From positions 537,683-601,682 of the forward strand of contig WELB01000006.1 of assembly GCA_009602725.1 (NCBI GenBank): 64,000 nucleotides of DNA. The letters are read 5' to 3'. Origin of the DNA: Spirogloea muscicola. Taxonomy: Eukaryota. The notes below the pieces were generated by a model that saw only the letters and a list, made by a program, of their open reading frames with translations, made no database searches and was not told the origin of the DNA. Shown here piece by piece: positions 63,557-64,000 of this stretch. Position 1 is the stretch's first letter. Each line of letters starts with the position of its first letter. The position numbers were made by a program, and so were the translations under genes.

Positions 63557-64000
63557 GCCTCAAAAGGGAGGACAGATGTCATCTCCACCTTCTGCATCTA
63601 AATCAGCTTGCCTCAGGTTCCTTCTGCAAAGTAGATGATGGAAAGTGATTGGTTACTCAATGACCTGGAGAATAGCCTTCTCTGCATTTGCCTGCATTCC
63701 TTTGCCACCAGCCTACATACTATAGCTGCAGCACATGCCAATTGTGTGCAAGACAGCTCACAATCTGCTGCGATCTGCACAAGCAGTGGCTACGACTACA
63801 GCTTGCAGAGAAGCTGTCTGCAGAGAGACAAGCCAAAGCACCCCATGCTCACAAAAGATGTCTGCCTTCATTCCTCTGCTTGCCACACATCATTGCTGTG
63901 GGCATGCTATACGCATCTTGCAGACACTGGATCTGAATTACATTCTGCAGAGATATATGGACACTGTATGGTAGATAGCCTAGCTTAGGGTGTAAGCAGT

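Overview
Gene-dense, intron-rich (GT-AG), GC-rich nuclear DNA from the green lineage. The gene set and structure suggest a streptophyte alga, which is an inference. About 18 spliced genes can be supported: two secreted cupredoxin/phytocyanin plus Pro-rich proteins, an SLC35/TPT-family transporter, LPA1-like, an unknown protein with a Gly-zipper tail, ENY2/SUS1, DDX46/Prp5, a sulfotransferase-like plus class IV aminotransferase fusion, two MYB proteins, a conserved Rossmann-like plant protein, QCR8, LWD1/DCAF7, P4H-ShKT, RlmN-like, AlkB-like, ADAL/MAPDA and a possible single-TM micro-protein. Intergenic DNA is dominated by 5'-truncated non-LTR retroelements carrying a restriction-like endonuclease (RLE, CRE-like). 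Several subfamilies share a short 3' hairpin module, roughly 25-30 copies counted by eye. They insert into each other's tails with readable target-site duplications (TSDs), including an apparent ~190-bp duplication. Other notable items: a ~50-bp dispersed intergenic motif (8 copies), a ~320-nt fold-back with strand-biased G-U wobbles, three adjacent genes linked to methyl-adenosine chemistry with telo-boxes in two of them, and a 13-nt micro-exon. Exon boundaries were inferred by eye and are approximate unless stated.
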